Assembly: GCF_006345805.1 (NCBI RefSeq)
Contig: NC_043000.1
Location: 73,346,001 to 73,410,000 of the forward strand
DNA length: 64,000 nucleotides
Reading direction: 5' to 3'
Source: Octopus sinensis
Lineage: Eukaryota
Shown here: positions 10,894 to 25,365 of the stretch, in pieces
How positions within the stretch are numbered: the stretch's first letter is position 1
Layout: the number at the start of each line of letters is the position of its first letter
Program-made: the position numbers and the translations under genes
Notes under the pieces: generated by a model
What the model was told of the DNA's origin: nothing
Database searches by the model: none
The model's input: the letters and a program-made list of their open reading frames with translations, nothing else

Positions 10894-12621
10894 CACAAGA
10901 ATCGCCCATGTCGAATTTATATGTATACATCAATATCTAATATGTATGTATGTGTATAAAACCATCTATTTCGGGCTGATTGTTATACCTAGCGATATTA
11001 TCTAGTCCATTAAACGGTAACATTCTTACTAGTTATATGCCATAACCAGTGATATACTGAACAAGTAACTGATAATTTATACATGGATATATATATATAT
11101 ATATATAAGAAAGAAACTATGCAAAAATGCCAAGAATCAGAATATTTGTTCTCTTTAAAAATTTGTCATTATATCTATTTACTGCAAAAGTAGCCTCCCT
11201 TTCCGCCTGGCAACATGCGCAGCATGTTCTCTACGAATTTGCCCTGTAGCAGGCTTCTTTTCCATCCTGGTCTCTACTCATCCTGGTTCTTCACGAATCA
11301 CCCGGACGAAAATAACATCACAAGGTTGGTCACACGTGGTTGTATCTACCGCCACATATGTTGAGTTTTCTTGCTGATGTTTTGTGCTGCGTTGTGTCTT
11401 GTACATCAATGTACGACACTGCGATCACGATATAATACTTTGTTGCTACAAAATGGCGCTTGTGTAACTGTGCGAGCAGTATTTGACGAAATGGAAGTAA
11501 TGGTGTTAATATTAGGATCTCATTTAAACTTTGTCGTGCTTGATGTTTCACTGCAATCTCATTGCAATTCTTCCCTCCTTTTCCAAACAAATTAATTATC
11601 AAGTCCTGTTGTTTACTTTTGAACATTAAGTTAAAATCAAGTTATTGATTAATGTATAAGTGAATATTATTCATTCAGCTTTGATATATTTAATATCCTT
11701 TCTTGAAAATTGTTTATATTTTCCCACGCTTTGCTATTTTTGATGCTGTCAAAAGAATCTACTCTATCGTGTGAACTACGTTTGGATATGTGTACCTACA
11801 TATGTATATTCTTCCATTCTTATTTTAATTTTCACGCCATTGCTAACCTTTAACCTAGAAATACGCCCTCATTGATTCTGATTGCATTCACCTTTATATT
11901 TAGTACACTTATGTTGATAACAGACTGCTGGTGTTAAGATAGTGTAGTTCATTTGCTGTGTCGCAATGGTAAAGGTGTCTTTAGTTCCTCTGTAATTGAT
12001 GATCTTCCCTTACTTTCTATAAGTTTACAGATAGGTTTCAAGTCCATGTTATGGAATTATCTAGGGATGTTAGAAGAAAAAGAACCTGTGATGCAATTGA
12101 TCTCAACTGAATAAATTTTTTAGAACATTCTTTTTTTTAGCTTCGAAAATATTTTCGCTTACAACTTGAGCACTTTTAGAATGCTTTGTTTTGAGTGGAG
12201 ATAACATTTTGTGAAAACTCGTCTCTTATTCCATTTCTGTACCGTAGATTCTTCTTCAGAATTACGGGAGTGTCGACTTTCTTTTAGTACACTTTACTGT
12301 CATCGTTTCTTATATATATTTAAGACGAGTTACTTGCAACAGTGTTTACCGCTGAACTTATTTCTGTTACTATAAACGTCTTCAGTGTAACGGTAAATTT
12401 CTCTAATCCTCTTTCATTTTTTAAAACTTCTGAGCTTAGATCATATTTACCGAATTAAGAATTCCATGAAAAAGTTACCTATTGATATACGGTATTGATT
12501 TTAAGAATTTAGTGAATTGGGCAATAGGAAAAAAAAAAACTTAAATAATTACTGATGACTAACAAGTTATTTCATATTCTAATATTAATGGTATTTACAT
12601 TCAGTTTTCCCCCAATTATTA

Positions 12622-12762
12622 AGCGTGGCTGCATGGTAAAAAGCTTGCTTCTCAACGACATGGTTCCGGGTGGCACCCTGGGCAAGTGTCGTCTACTATA
12701 GCTTCGGGCCGACCAAATCATTGTAAGTGGATTTGGTCGACGGAAACTGAAAGAAGCTTTTC

Positions 12763-12794
<32 letters not shown>

Positions 12795-12995
12795 TATGTG
12801 TGTATACACACACGTGTATGTGTATCTTTGTGTCTGTCCCCCACCTCCACCACTTGACAACTGGTGTTGTTGTGTTTGCATCCCCATAACTTAGTGGTTC
12901 GGCTAAAGTGACTGATAGAATAAGTACTTGGTAAAACCCTTCATGGCGATGCCTCAGTGTGGCCGCAGTCAAATGACTGAAACCAGTAAAAGATA
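12622..12995 (+). mobile_element. tRNA-derived SINE
   Basis: Same family as 9689-10052 and 15838-16200. Confidence 0.85.
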
Positions 12996-14689
12996 GTATT
13001 GCTTATTTTGTGGTAACTTATGTAAACTGGAGGAACCAGTTGTTCGAGATTCAACTGAACTTTGAAGTGTTGGTGCAGAAACAATGATGACATGAATTCA
13101 GACTTTTGCCTTCAGTTTCTCTAACATATTCAACTCTTAATCTACAGTTTACTCTAGAAATGGCATCCAACTGTAAATTGCTCCACCCTGCTCAGGCTCA
13201 TGGGAAAATATGCATACACCCACTAAATAAATAAGCAAATAAAATTTTTTTTGTACTTTTATGTTAGCTTGTATTTTATGGAATTTTACTAATATCTTGC
13301 AATCTTACCCATTTTAAACCTTCCTATAGCATTTTACTGATCTGTTGCAGAGGTCAGCAGACTTTTTTGGAGGTGGGCTAGATTGGAAATGTTTATTATT
13401 TGCAGGGCAAAGTAAATGAAAAACTATAACCCATTATCATACAAGGTTATAGAAAAAGAATTTTTTAAAACTTGTTTCATATTAAGTATCATCATAGAAT
13501 GCCATACAGTGGAGACAAGAACAGTTTGAACATGCAAAAACACATGTTTTGTTTGATTATTTTTTTGTCAAAATAAATAGTTTCTGTGGAAAGTTATATA
13601 TCATTTGAAATTTCTGGATGTGAACTTTCTTCTCATATAGTTTCAATTAAAATCTGACTTAAATATGTCAGATTCCCTGAAACATCCTTTGCATTTACAA
13701 AGTTTATCCTGTTTGTTTTTTTTTTTACCACTGAATGGTAGCCTTCATTCTAGTTCAGTGTGCTTGAACATTATAACTTGAGTTGTGTTAAAAATTATAC
13801 TGTCATGAAGGAGAAAGCTTTCACTTTATTTTGATATAAATGTTGATGGGGTCTGATAATTGTTATGTAATAGAGAAAATTTAATTGTTGATTTTCACTT
13901 AGAAAAGGACATTTTCTTCACGATTTTTTATCATAAGAAAGAATAATTTTTCAGATTCAATTTAGTCATTGCTAAATCTAGCCACAGTATGACAAAAAAA
14001 AAAAATACAAAGTGAATAAAGAGAGTGGTATACTGATATATTCACCAAACTGACGTATTCACATGCAGTGAGAGGTCAAGTGGAACACAAATCCAAGGTT
14101 TCAAATATCGAGTTTGAGCCAGAATTTCAAGAGATGGATGAACTAATTACGAAGTAAACATATTTCTACTAAAAAAAAAAAATCCACTAAATTGAGTTCA
14201 ATAAGTTTTCTTGAGCCCAAACTTAACAGGAAATTGTTGTATTGAGAATGTTGCTTATTTCCTTGGTGTCGTAACATGTGGACTGCTAGGCAAAGCTAGC
14301 AGATATACTTGTAACTTTTGTTTTTCTTTGAGAGATATTGGTCAAATTCTACCACTAAAAATATCATGCAATGAATATAATTTCAGATCTGATATTTTTA
14401 CTTTCTGATTTTGGATACAGTTAGGATAATTTGTGTCAATGTTACATATTTGTTTTGGGTTTTTTTTCTCTTTCTCCTACTAGTGAGTTTCCTATAAGTT
14501 ACAGATGTTGTCAATGTCTTTAATTTATGTTTTTAATACTTAAAGCAAGGAATTAGTTTTCACATTTTCTTTGTTTTTTAATCTAGGTCTACATGCAATT
14601 CTGAAAAGGTATCAGGTAGCTGTGGGATGTGGTAAAAACAACTAAATCTCCTTTAAATCACTCGTGTTTTTGTTTGAAAATATTTTCCA

Positions 14690-15440
14690 ATTTTTTTTTT
14701 ACTGTAAAGGCTGCTCCCATTGTTTTTAAGTTTTAAGTGCATAGTGCAAACAAAATCGGTCCTCTGTGTGGGGTGAGGTTTGGAAAAAAATCATAAATTT
14801 TCATAAAAAGCTTATCCCCATCATTTCCAAGACAGTACTGCAAAGAAGAAAGAAAGAAATTGGAAAAATCCACCATCAACAGGGAGAGAATCCAATTTGT
14901 GTGGGTGTCTGGATTTGAAACTCTGCCATTTATAGCTATTTTTAATAGTCCACTAAAATTTTATTGAAATGTTGTCATATTCCAAATTTATCTAGTTCTA
15001 TACCTACTACAAATGCACCAAACTCAAGTCTCTGTGACTTGAAATTTTGGATTTAACTAGGTCTGAAAACACTGAAATTGTTTGTGACAAAATAGGCTTT
15101 ACATAAATATTAAAAAAAACTGCCCACCCCCAATGTTTTCTTTTCAAAAACCTCAAAAAGAAATAGGCAACTACTATACCATGGTCTCTATTAATTTCTG
15201 TAATTTGAAGATGATTATCACCTCAGTTTCAAAGATATGACATCACAAATATAGCTAATTATTCATTTAGGCTAATTAGGCAAGATTTCGATAATTTTAC
15301 TGACCATTCAAATTGTCATATTTCCTAAAATATTTACCCAAATTTCACAAATGAGGTATCAAAATATTTCTTTTTGGATGCTCTCTCCAAGAAGTACAGT
15401 GGAAATTACATTTAAATATTTTCAAAAATTCATAGTGATA
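14690..15440. repeat. Dispersed non-coding repeat (probable MITE), copy 1
   Basis: 15160-15430 matches the reverse complement of 36760-37030. Confidence 0.7.
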
Positions 15441-15837
15441 CCATTATCACCTGTTTTAATGAAGGATTCCCTGCATGTTTCATTATGTAAAAATCATATT
15501 CTATTAGGTTGAATGGAAGTTGGAGTTAATATCAGCAAGTTTGTCTGCTTCACTGGATGAATAAACATTTTTTGTCCTTCACTGTTTTCTTAGAATTGGT
15601 TATTCATGTATACTACATTGTGACAATGAAATGGTATTAATCTGTTGATTGAAGGTGGAAACATTTGCTGCTTAAAATATCATACTGGTGGAAAACTCAT
15701 TCTTTTACTTCAATTTTGTTAGAGATATTTAATTTCAGAGAAGAAGATGCAAATATGGTTGTATGGTTAAGAGGCTCATTTTCCAATCACATGGTCTCAG
15801 GTTCAGTCTCACTACTATTTGGTATTTTTTTTTTATA

Positions 15838-16200
15838 CTCTTTTACTTGTTTCAGTCATTTGACTGACCATGCTGGAGCACCACCTTTAGTCGAGCAAAT
15901 TGACCCTAGGACTTATTCTTTGTAAGCCTAGTACTTATTCTGTCGGTCTCTTTTGCTGAACCGCTAAGTTATGGGGACGTAAACACACCAGCATCAGTTG
16001 TCAAGCAATGTTGGGGGAACAAACACACACATATATATGATGGGCTTCTTTCAGTTTCCGTCTACCAAATCCAATCACAAGGCTTTGGTTGGCCCGAGGC
16101 TATAGTAGAAGACACTTGTCCAAGGTGCCATGCAGTGGGACTGAACCCGGAACCATGTGGTTCGTAAGCAAGCTACTTACCACACAGTCACTCCTATGCC
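15838..16200 (-). mobile_element. tRNA-derived SINE, full length
   Basis: ttttacttgtttcagtcatttgactg...gggactgaacccggaaccatgtgg...ttaccacacagtcactcc. Confidence 0.88.
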
Positions 16201-16399
16201 TATATATATATATATATTTATTTATTTATTTATTTATTAGAAGTATTGGGGTGATGTACAGATTTAATATATATGAAAGAAAAAGGCATTCAGAATGCTG
16301 GATGGTTGTATATAAAAAAATATATTTTGATTTACATATCACATATTTATTCAAATCACATATTTAAGCACTTTCAACTCCTACTGTAGTCTCATCAGA

Positions 16400-16742
16400 T
16401 ATGTCAGTCATTTGACTTTGGCCATTTTGGAGCATTGCCTTGAAAGGTTTTTTAGTTGAACAAATCAACTCTAGGATTTATTTTTTAAGCCTGGTACTTA
16501 TTCTATCGGTCTATTTTGCCAAACTGCTATGTTACAGGGACATAAACATATCAACACCAGTTGCCAAACAGTAATGGAGGAACAAACACAGACACACATA
16601 TACGAAGGACTTCTTTCAGTTTCTGCCTACCAAATCCATTCACAAGGCTTTGGTCAGCCTGAGGCTATTATAGAAGACACTTGCTTAGAGTACCATGCAG
16701 TGGGACTGAACCCGGAACCATGTGGTTGGGAAGCAAGCTTCT
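16400..16742 (-). mobile_element. tRNA-derived SINE, diverged
   Basis: Colinear with 15838-16200. Confidence 0.8.
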
Positions 16743-17033
16743 TTTATTCATTCAATTGGCCACAAAGAAAGGAAGCTGTAGGCTGGACAAGGACATAAGA
16801 TGAAATGATTGACGATATGATAATAATGAGGGCAACAGCAATGCCCACTGATTGCTGTTTACCTAAACACATTGTTCTTCATAAATTGAGGCAACAAACC
16901 TCTTACAAGAAAGCGATTATGAGGCAGTAAACCTCTTCATGAGTCGAAAAACAATAATACAAATGAGGGAAGCAAGCTTCTTAGCACACAACTACGCCTG
17001 TACCTACACACATGTATACACACACACACACAC

Positions 17034-17081
<48 letters not shown>

Positions 17082-17329
17082 ACTACATATGTGGAAAATC
17101 GGTGTGTTTGTTTGATTGATTGATTTTTGATTGATTTTTCCAGTTTCAGCTAATGAGCTGTGGCCATGCTGGGGCACCGCCATTTGGTTTGCTACACGAT
17201 TTTACCTCACGGATGCTTTTTAGCAAACGCCATCTGATGCATGAGAGAGTTCGATGCAGCTGCCCTCATCTGCACCTCCTGCCGTGAAGTTGGTTCATCC
17301 GGGACACCTGACACGTGGCGTTGTTAGCT

Positions 17330-18310
17330 AACTCTTCCTACATCGTTTTATTGATTTTGATGAAACTTGATAAGTGAGTAGAACTCATCTCTGGAAACCT
17401 TGTGACATATTTAGATTGTTGAAAAAAATCAATAATACGGCCCCTGGAAGGGATCTTTATATCTACCTCATATACCTATTTTTTTAAACACCCAAGGGAA
17501 ATAACCTCCACTTACTGTTGTTAGTTTTAAGTGAAGCGATCAATATTTGATTCTCACGATCAGCGGACCTAATTCTGCATTTCACTACTCACAGTTTTCA
17601 ACTGCTAAACCTTATTATTGCACTTTCTTGATCTATGTACACTTTTAATGCCCATAACTTGGATAATTTTCCATTTTTTCCAGTTAAAACTTTTCGAAGA
17701 CAGTACATAAATTTTTGATTCCAGAATGTATTTAATGTCTCCCAATAAAATGAACTCCTACTTTGAATGCTTAAAATTCTTAAAAAATTAAACCAAACTT
17801 CCACACCACATTCAGTTGGGACACCCTGTATCACTTATACTTATTTTACAAATCATAATATTTACTGATTATTTACAGTTCATTCATTTTCATGAAACTA
17901 ATTGAGCCATCAAATTTAGAAATATTTTACGTTTCATTGTTTATGTTCGATAACTTTGAATATTGATTTTTTTGTGCGTCCAATTTCTAATTTTTGCAGA
18001 CAATATCACTTTTATACTTTATTTGACACGTGAGTAGAACTCCTGTCAGGAAATTTTGTGACACACTTAGATTCTTGAGAAAAATCGATAATAGGGCACC
18101 TCCAATGGATCCTATCTACTACATATTACTAATATTTTATTTAAACAACCCAAGCGAAATAACCCATACCACCTGCAGATTTTAGTAAAGCAATCAATAT
18201 TTGATTCTCATGATCAACTGGCCTAATTCTGCATTTCACTATTCAGTTTTGAACTTCTAAACATTATTATTGCATTTTCTTGATTTGAATCTTAAACCTT
18301 AGACTTCATT
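17330..18310. repeat. MITE-like element with duplicated ~300-bp module and a Tc1/mariner-type end
   Basis: 17375-17640 resembles 18030-18300. ggacaccctgta at ~17820 matches a TA-CAGGGTGTCC terminus on -. Confidence 0.5.
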
Positions 18311-18853
18311 CACACATTTCTATACATTTCTTTGGAATGCCCATTAATCTGATAATTCTGAATTTTTATTGTTACACTTTTTCCGTGACAGTAGATAAAT
18401 CTTTTATTCCATAACATATTTGTAGTGGCATCATGCAGGCATAGCAGGGATTCGATCCATGATTGCCAAATTTCATTTAACACTTCAACAGTGCTTTTCT
18501 CATGGTAAAACAATAGTTTTTCTGTGAATGATAGCAGTTATACATCTCCCAAATGCCTTTGCTAAGCAGAATAATGTCTTTGCCACTTGACCCTTCTAAC
18601 CTCTTCTAGGCCACCAGGGGCTGCAATGGAGATAACAGAGCTCCAACGAGATCATTTGTTCTCAAGAATATGTCTATCCTTCTGGCTGCTTTTCAATAGT
18701 TATAAAAACAAGAACTCCGTAAGCTGAAGGCAGTTACTGAGAGCGACCATTAGTGAGTGTGAACGTTATTATTGCACTTTCTTCATTTCCTTCTTAAAGA
18801 TTAAACACTTCATTCATATATTTATATACATATTAAATTTATATATTTTTGTC

Positions 18854-21800
18854 GTCATCATCATCATTGTCATTTAACGTCTGCTTTCCATGCTGGCATG
18901 GGTTTGATGGTTTGACTGAGGGCTGGTGAGCCAGAAGGCTGCACCAGGTTGCAGTCTGATCTGGCAAAGTTTCTACAGCTGAATGCCTTTCCTAATGCCA
19001 GCCACTCTGAGAGTGTAGTGGGTACTTTTATGTGTCACCTGCACGGAAGACAGTCCAGCGGCACTGGCAATGACCATGCTCGAATGTTATTTTTCACGTG
19101 CGACCGGCATATGTGCCAGTAAGGCAATGTTGGCAATGATCATGCTTGAATTGTGCTTTTTACATGCCACCAGCACAGGAGCCATTCAGCGGCCTTGGCA
19201 ACGGTCGTGCTTGGATTGTGCTTTTAATGTTCCACTCTCTGAACTGCCAATCAAGCAGTACTGTCATTGACCATGTCAGCGATTTTGATTTCACTTGCCT
19301 CAACAGGTCTTCGCGAGCAAAGTTTATTGTCCAATGAATGAAGGGTACTCATAAGTGGGCTGGTTGTACACCACTGGCATAGGCCACCGGTTATGGTCTC
19401 ACTTGGCTTGTCGGGTTTTCTCAAGTACAGCATATCTCCAAAGGTCTCGGTCACTAGTCATTGCCTCAGTAAGGCTCAATGTTCGAAGGTCATGCTTCAC
19501 CACCTCATCCCAGGTCTTCCTGGGTCTACCTCTTCCACAGGTTCTCTCAACTGCTAGGGTGTGACACTTTTTCGCACATGACCATACCAGCGCAGTCGTC
19601 TCTCTTGCACATCACATCTGATGCTTCTTAAGTCCAACTTTTCTCTCAGGGCACTTACACTCTGTCGTGTATTCACACTGACATTACACATCCAGTGGAG
19701 CATACTGGCTTCATTCCTTGCAAGCTTATGCATGTCCTCAGCAGTCACGGCCCATGTGTCATACAGTCTACCTTTTACTCTGAGCGAGAGGCCCTTTGTC
19801 ACCAGCAGAGGTAGGAGCTCTCTGAACTTTGCCCAGGCTATTTTTATTTTAGCAACTACACTTTCAGAGCATCCACACCAGCTACTGACTTGATCACTTA
19901 CATAACGGAAGCTATCAACTACTTCTAGTTTTTCTCCCTGGAATGTGACAGAAACTGTTCTCTGCATATTTTCAGTGTTTATTGCTCCTGAGCATTTGCC
20001 ACATACAAAAACTCTCTTCCCAGTTAGCCTTCATTTGATGTTCATAGCTTACACTGGATGCATCTTATGGAGCTTCTACCTACACCTTTTCTACAGATCA
20101 AGCTGGGCCATCTACTTGAAGGGATTTGTGGTTTGTCTGCCTTCCTACTTTTTTGCTAGGTTGACTCTAATGCCCTTCGATTCTAATCCTTGCTTCCACA
20201 CCTGAAACTTTTCCTCTAGTTCTGGTAGTGACTCAGCAATTAGAGCAAGGTCATCAGCACAGAGGAGCACCCAAGGGGTATCCTGTCTTGAATTCCTCTG
20301 TTATTGCCTGGAGGACTATGATGAATAAGAGGGGGCTGAGGACTGATCCTTGGTGAACCCTACCCGGAATTCTTCACTGTACTTGTTGCCAACCCTCACC
20401 TTACTGACAGCATCCCTGTACATGGCTTGCACCTCTCTCACTAACCATTCATCTATCCCTAGTTTCCTCATTGACCACCAGATAAGGGATCGGGGAACCC
20501 TGTCAAAGGCTTTTTCCATGTCAACGAAAGCCAGGTTCTGAGGTTTATCTTTGGCTAGGTATTTCTCCTTCAGCTGTTTTACCAGAAATATAGCAACAGT
20601 GGTGCTTTTCTCTGGCACAAGCCTAGACTGCATCTCATCTATACTGACTCTTTCCCTAATTAGTTGGATTATGACCCTCTCTGTGACCTTCATTACCTGA
20701 TCCAACAACTTGATACTTCTGTAATTATTTGTATCTAAAGCATCACCCTTACCTTTGTAACAGTTGACTATGGTGCTGCTACACCAGTCATTGGGTATGA
20801 CTCCTTCATGTATCACCTGGTTGACTATACGGGTGACTAGGCTGAAGCCGACAACGCCAGATATTTTGAGTATCTCTGCGGTGATTCCTGATGGGTTGGG
20901 GGCTTTCCCTGTCTTCATACCCTTAATTGCTTTATCTACCAAGGTACTGTCAACTCGGATAGCTGGTCCATCTCTTCATTTAGCAACCTTTCATAGTGGC
21001 GTCTCCAAACCTCACTCTTTGCAGCCTCGTTTAATGCAAGTGACCCATCATCCATGCAGACACATTTCTCTCCTACAACATCATGATTCTCTTGCGCACA
21101 CTGTCTTGCAACACGAAATACTTGAAGTCTTTGGTCCTCAACATGCAGAACATTGGCAAATTTTTTCTTATCTGCTTCCCCTCTGGCTAAATAAACCTGT
21201 CTCCTAGCTTCCCTTCTGGCAGTCTGATACAATTCCCTGCTACCATTCTTCCAGTCCTTCCAAGTCTGTTTCTTTTCCCTAATAGTCCTGTCAACAACAT
21301 TGTTCCACCAACACGTTACCATCGGTCGAGAGGGGACTTTACACCATGCACAGATCTGGTCTGTGGCCCTCAACATGTTGTCCCGTAGAAACCTCTAGTT
21401 GTTTTCCTCATCATGAGATGCTATATCCCCCTTTATTTTGTCAAAAGCTTTGAGTAATACATCTCTAAATCTTGTCCATTTGCAAGATCTTTAAACTTCC
21501 AGACCTTTCTCCTCCATGCTGGTCATCTTCTGGGCATCCATTTAGCTCTGATCCTGAAGTCACTAACTACTAGTCTATGTTGTGGGGTACATTTTTTGCC
21601 TGGGAAAGTTTTGGCATTTATAAGCAGCCATCTTTCCCTTTTCCTGGCAAGGATATAATCAATTTGGTTAGTGTGTCTACCAGATTGGTAGGTGACTAGG
21701 TGACTGGCAGGTTTCCTGAAGTTAGTATTGCAAACCATAAAATCATTTCCATCACAGAAATCCAGCAGCCTGGTTCCCTCATTGCAGGAACCAAAACCCT

Positions 21801-22700
21801 AGCCTCCATGTATGCCATGGAAGCTCCCTGCATGTTGTCCAACATGTCCATTGAAGTCACCAGCCACAAAGAGAAGGTCTCTGTTATTTGTCAACGAGGT
21901 AGTCAGCAAGAGGATGTCATAAAAGCAGTCTTTCTGTCCACCAGGTAGCCCCGGCTGAGGGGCATAGGCCGAGATAATGGTTGCTAACCCATGATGTAGC
22001 ACTAATCTAATCTTAAGTATTCTATCGCATACTCTGACTTATACATACATTTACAATTACCTTATCAATCTATTTCTCTTGGCAAGAAGTATACCCATGC
22101 CCGACCCCATCAGTGTTCCCTGCTCAGAAAATCTTGTACCTATGTTCTTTGCTTGTGAGGAACTTAGTGGAGCCTGCTCTTCACCTTACTTCTTGGATAC
22201 AACACAGATCTATATGTCTCCATTCAAGCATCTCGACAATCTCACCAGACTTACCTCTCAGTGTGCCCACATTGAGCGTGCCAACCCTGAGGGTGTGGGC
22301 CCATGAGACCCTGGTAGAATTCATATATAAAACAAATAGTCTTCAACCTGCATACACTACACCATCATTTTTATGCACTACATAGGAGATAAACCCTAAG
22401 TAGGGGTCGGGATGGCGATAAGCCTTTAGAAGTGTTCATAGGAGACAACCAAAAGATGTCAATGGATAGGAACTTCCAGTACAGGTGGTGGGGTGGGATG
22501 GCGGGCCATCTGGAGTTGTGTTCTTTTGGCGGAATTATTAAAATGAAGTAGCAGAATCCAAGAAAACTAGTTTATATAGGGTGAGGTGGTGGAGGAGGGG
22601 GAAGTGTTAGAGAAGCAAGTGGTTATAGAGACAGACAGACAGACAGAGAGAGGGACCAGAGTTAGGGTGGTCAAGAATAAAATACGAGGGAGAAATATAT
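18854..22700 (-). mobile_element. RTE-type LINE family A-related, near full length, decayed
   Basis: APE N-terminus near 22280, AYAPQPG, GDFNGHVG, RT motifs (ORFs 20316-20942 and 19554-19967), 3' UTR and (cat)n at 18854. Many stops and frameshifts. Confidence 0.92.
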
Positions 22701-22844
22701 TCTTTTGAGATTTTGAGTAACATAATTTAATGAAACAGCAAATGCTGATAAAAGTGGAATAGAAGTGAAAAATCTTAGAATTTTCAGTCAGCCAATCCAT
22801 GACAAAATTAGAGGGAAAGACTTTTTTCCCCCCACCCCAATTTT

Positions 22845-23385
22845 CTCGCAAATTATTGTTTTTTTTATTTTTTTATTTATTTATTTTTTTTTGCCAAAAA
22901 CCCATGTTTTCGGATACAAAGATTCTGGAAAATTGCAAAAAATCAGAATTTTGAAATTTTTTGCTCACCTCCCCAACAATTTCTTCATTTTCACTTTCTC
23001 CCATAGCCCTAACCCGAACCTCCAAACCCTAAAACTCTAACCCTAACACCCTAACCCTATAAAAAAAATTTTGGAAATTTGTTTCAGAACTATAATCTCT
23101 GTATTTTTCCGCACATTTTGACAAAAAAAAAATTTTGTGAAAAAAATAATTTACAAAAATTTTTGGAAATTTTTGTCAGAATCATAATCTCTGTATTTTT
23201 CTGCATATTTCGAGAAAAAAAAAATTCTAAAAAAGGTTAAAAATGAAGAATTTAGGGGGCGGGGTGGGGTAATTTCAAAATGCCGATTTTTTGCCAATTT
23301 TTTTGCAGATTTGTATTCTCCATAACCGAAAACAGGTTCGTGTAGAAAAAAAATTAAATACAAAAAAATTTTGCGGAGGAAACAA
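22845..23385. repeat. Foldback/MITE-like element with inverted ends, internal direct repeats and CCCTAA motifs
   Basis: 22845-22960 is inverted relative to 23275-23385. ccctaaccc motifs at 23005-23060; ~90-bp direct repeat at 23060-23240. Confidence 0.6.
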
Positions 23386-23499
23386 ACAAATATGTGCAAT
23401 GTTTAATTTCTATTTGCGGAAGAAACGAGCCACTATGGCAGCCAACCTATACTGTGGAAATAAGTGTGTTTTTCACAATTAATATTATGTTTGATGTTA

Positions 23500-25361
23500 A
23501 ACAGCTTCCTCGACTGTGGAACTACTGGAGTCCTGATATAAGGTAATGGCGATCTCAAGTATAATGTTGAAGATGAGGTATTCGAAAATATCTCAGAATT
23601 TGCATTTAACTGATTCTGCTAATGTCCCCAGCAAAAATGACCGAAACTACGATCCCCTGTACAAAGTATGTCCAGTTACTTGTTAGTAATTATAAAACTG
23701 TATATCTACCTGGGAAAGATTTCAGTGTAGATGAAGCCATGATAGGCTATAAGGGCAGAGTTAATTTCCGGCAGTACATGCCTGCCAAACCTACTAAATG
23801 GAGGATCAGGGTATGGGAAGTTTGTGAATCAGAGACTGGATATTGCGTAAACTTCAATGTTTACATAGGTAAAAAATATAATGAAACAGACCACATAAAT
23901 TGGGACATAATGTATGGTCTCTTATTGAACCATTTCACCATCAGTTCCAACACCTCTATATTGACCGTTTTTTTCTTCAGTGGCTTTGGCAGAAAATCTT
24001 GCCCATGTAAGTACTTAGACGTGCAGTACTGTTATGGGAAACTATAAAGGTTTACCCTGTGAAATGAAAACAAAATTTTAAAAAAGGGGAAATTTTACAA
24101 ATGTAATCAGAAAATTTATTAGTTATTGCTTTCAAAGACAAAAGACAGATTTTATTTCTGTCTTCTAATGAACAACCTGGTGTTGGCACTGAGGTGAAAC
24201 CCTTAATGAATATTTGTTATAACAAATATATGGGTGAGGTTGATAAATCCAACCAATATCGGACATATTACCCAGTTGGTCGACCTGGGAAGAAATGGTG
24301 GAGGTACATTTTGTGGTTTTTAGTTAATTTAACTACAGTAAATTCATATATTCTATATGTAAAAAGCCACAAGGTACCTCCACCACCAAAGTACTAAGAC
24401 CACTTGAAATTTAAGGTTGACATCGCATCTCAGTTACATGAGGACTTTTCTTCTAGAAAGCACAGAACTGGGAGAAAAGCAAAATTAACTGAGGTGGATG
24501 TCAACAGAGAAAATATCAACTTTCATAAAGTCGAAAAGATAAATGGAAGGAAAAAATGTTTGCTGCAAAAAGGTATCAGATTGAGATTTTGTATATGTGT
24601 TCCTTTTGCAAAATGCCTTTGTGTAAAGGGTGCTTTGCACAGTTTCATGACAGAAATAGGTCATAACTATATAATTTTGTATATTCCTTTTCATTTTATT
24701 ATAAATAATATATGAAAGTGAGAAATACATATTAATTTTCAGTATGTTACACACCTGTATTCACCTCTGTCTCATTTGTTAATGAGATTTTTTTATCAGA
24801 TTTTTTTTATTCATTCACATAATAGATTATGTGAATGAATTCGTTAAATTGTATAAGAGTACATAGCCAATGGTATATTGACTAGTAAAAGAGTTTTGTA
24901 CTTTATTTTCAATGAACACGTTTAAATGAAATATAGAAAAAGAATAAAATCTTGTACTGATTACACCTGTATTTTAATTAATTCAAATTAATGTACCTCA
25001 TCTTGAAAAATATAAAATTGTTGGCGGTTGACATTTAGGATAATTTTAGTAACAAATCAAACGGGTAAGATGTATTAAGAATATGAGTTTTAGTGTTTAT
25101 TCATAATGTTATTGTTTTTACACCTGTTAATGAAATTTACCTGCCCATAAAAGTCAAATTTAGTCAGAAAGATCAGCTAAAATTATGTAACTATAAACCA
25201 CTGGCATATATGCATCCATTTACAAAGTTTCAAATCTGTATGTAGAAAATTAACAAAATTACAAGCAAATATGGTGAACATCCCACTTGAACCTGAATAA
25301 GTCAAAATTAATGTGAACATATAAGCATTATATTTGACAAATTAATCTGAACACTAAAGGG
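23500..25361 (+). mobile_element. piggyBac transposon, defective, 5' truncated, right end intact
   Basis: SVDEAMIGYKGRVNFRQYMPAKPTKW, YNKYMGEVDKSNQ, KKWWRYILWF and a decayed Cys-rich tail. Right end ...cactaaaggg|TTAA at 25361/25362-25365. Confidence 0.9.
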
Positions 25362-25365
25362 TTAA

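Noticed and set aside
23005-23060. Telomere or interstitial telomeric array
   Set aside because: Only a few degenerate CCCTAA units inside a foldback element.
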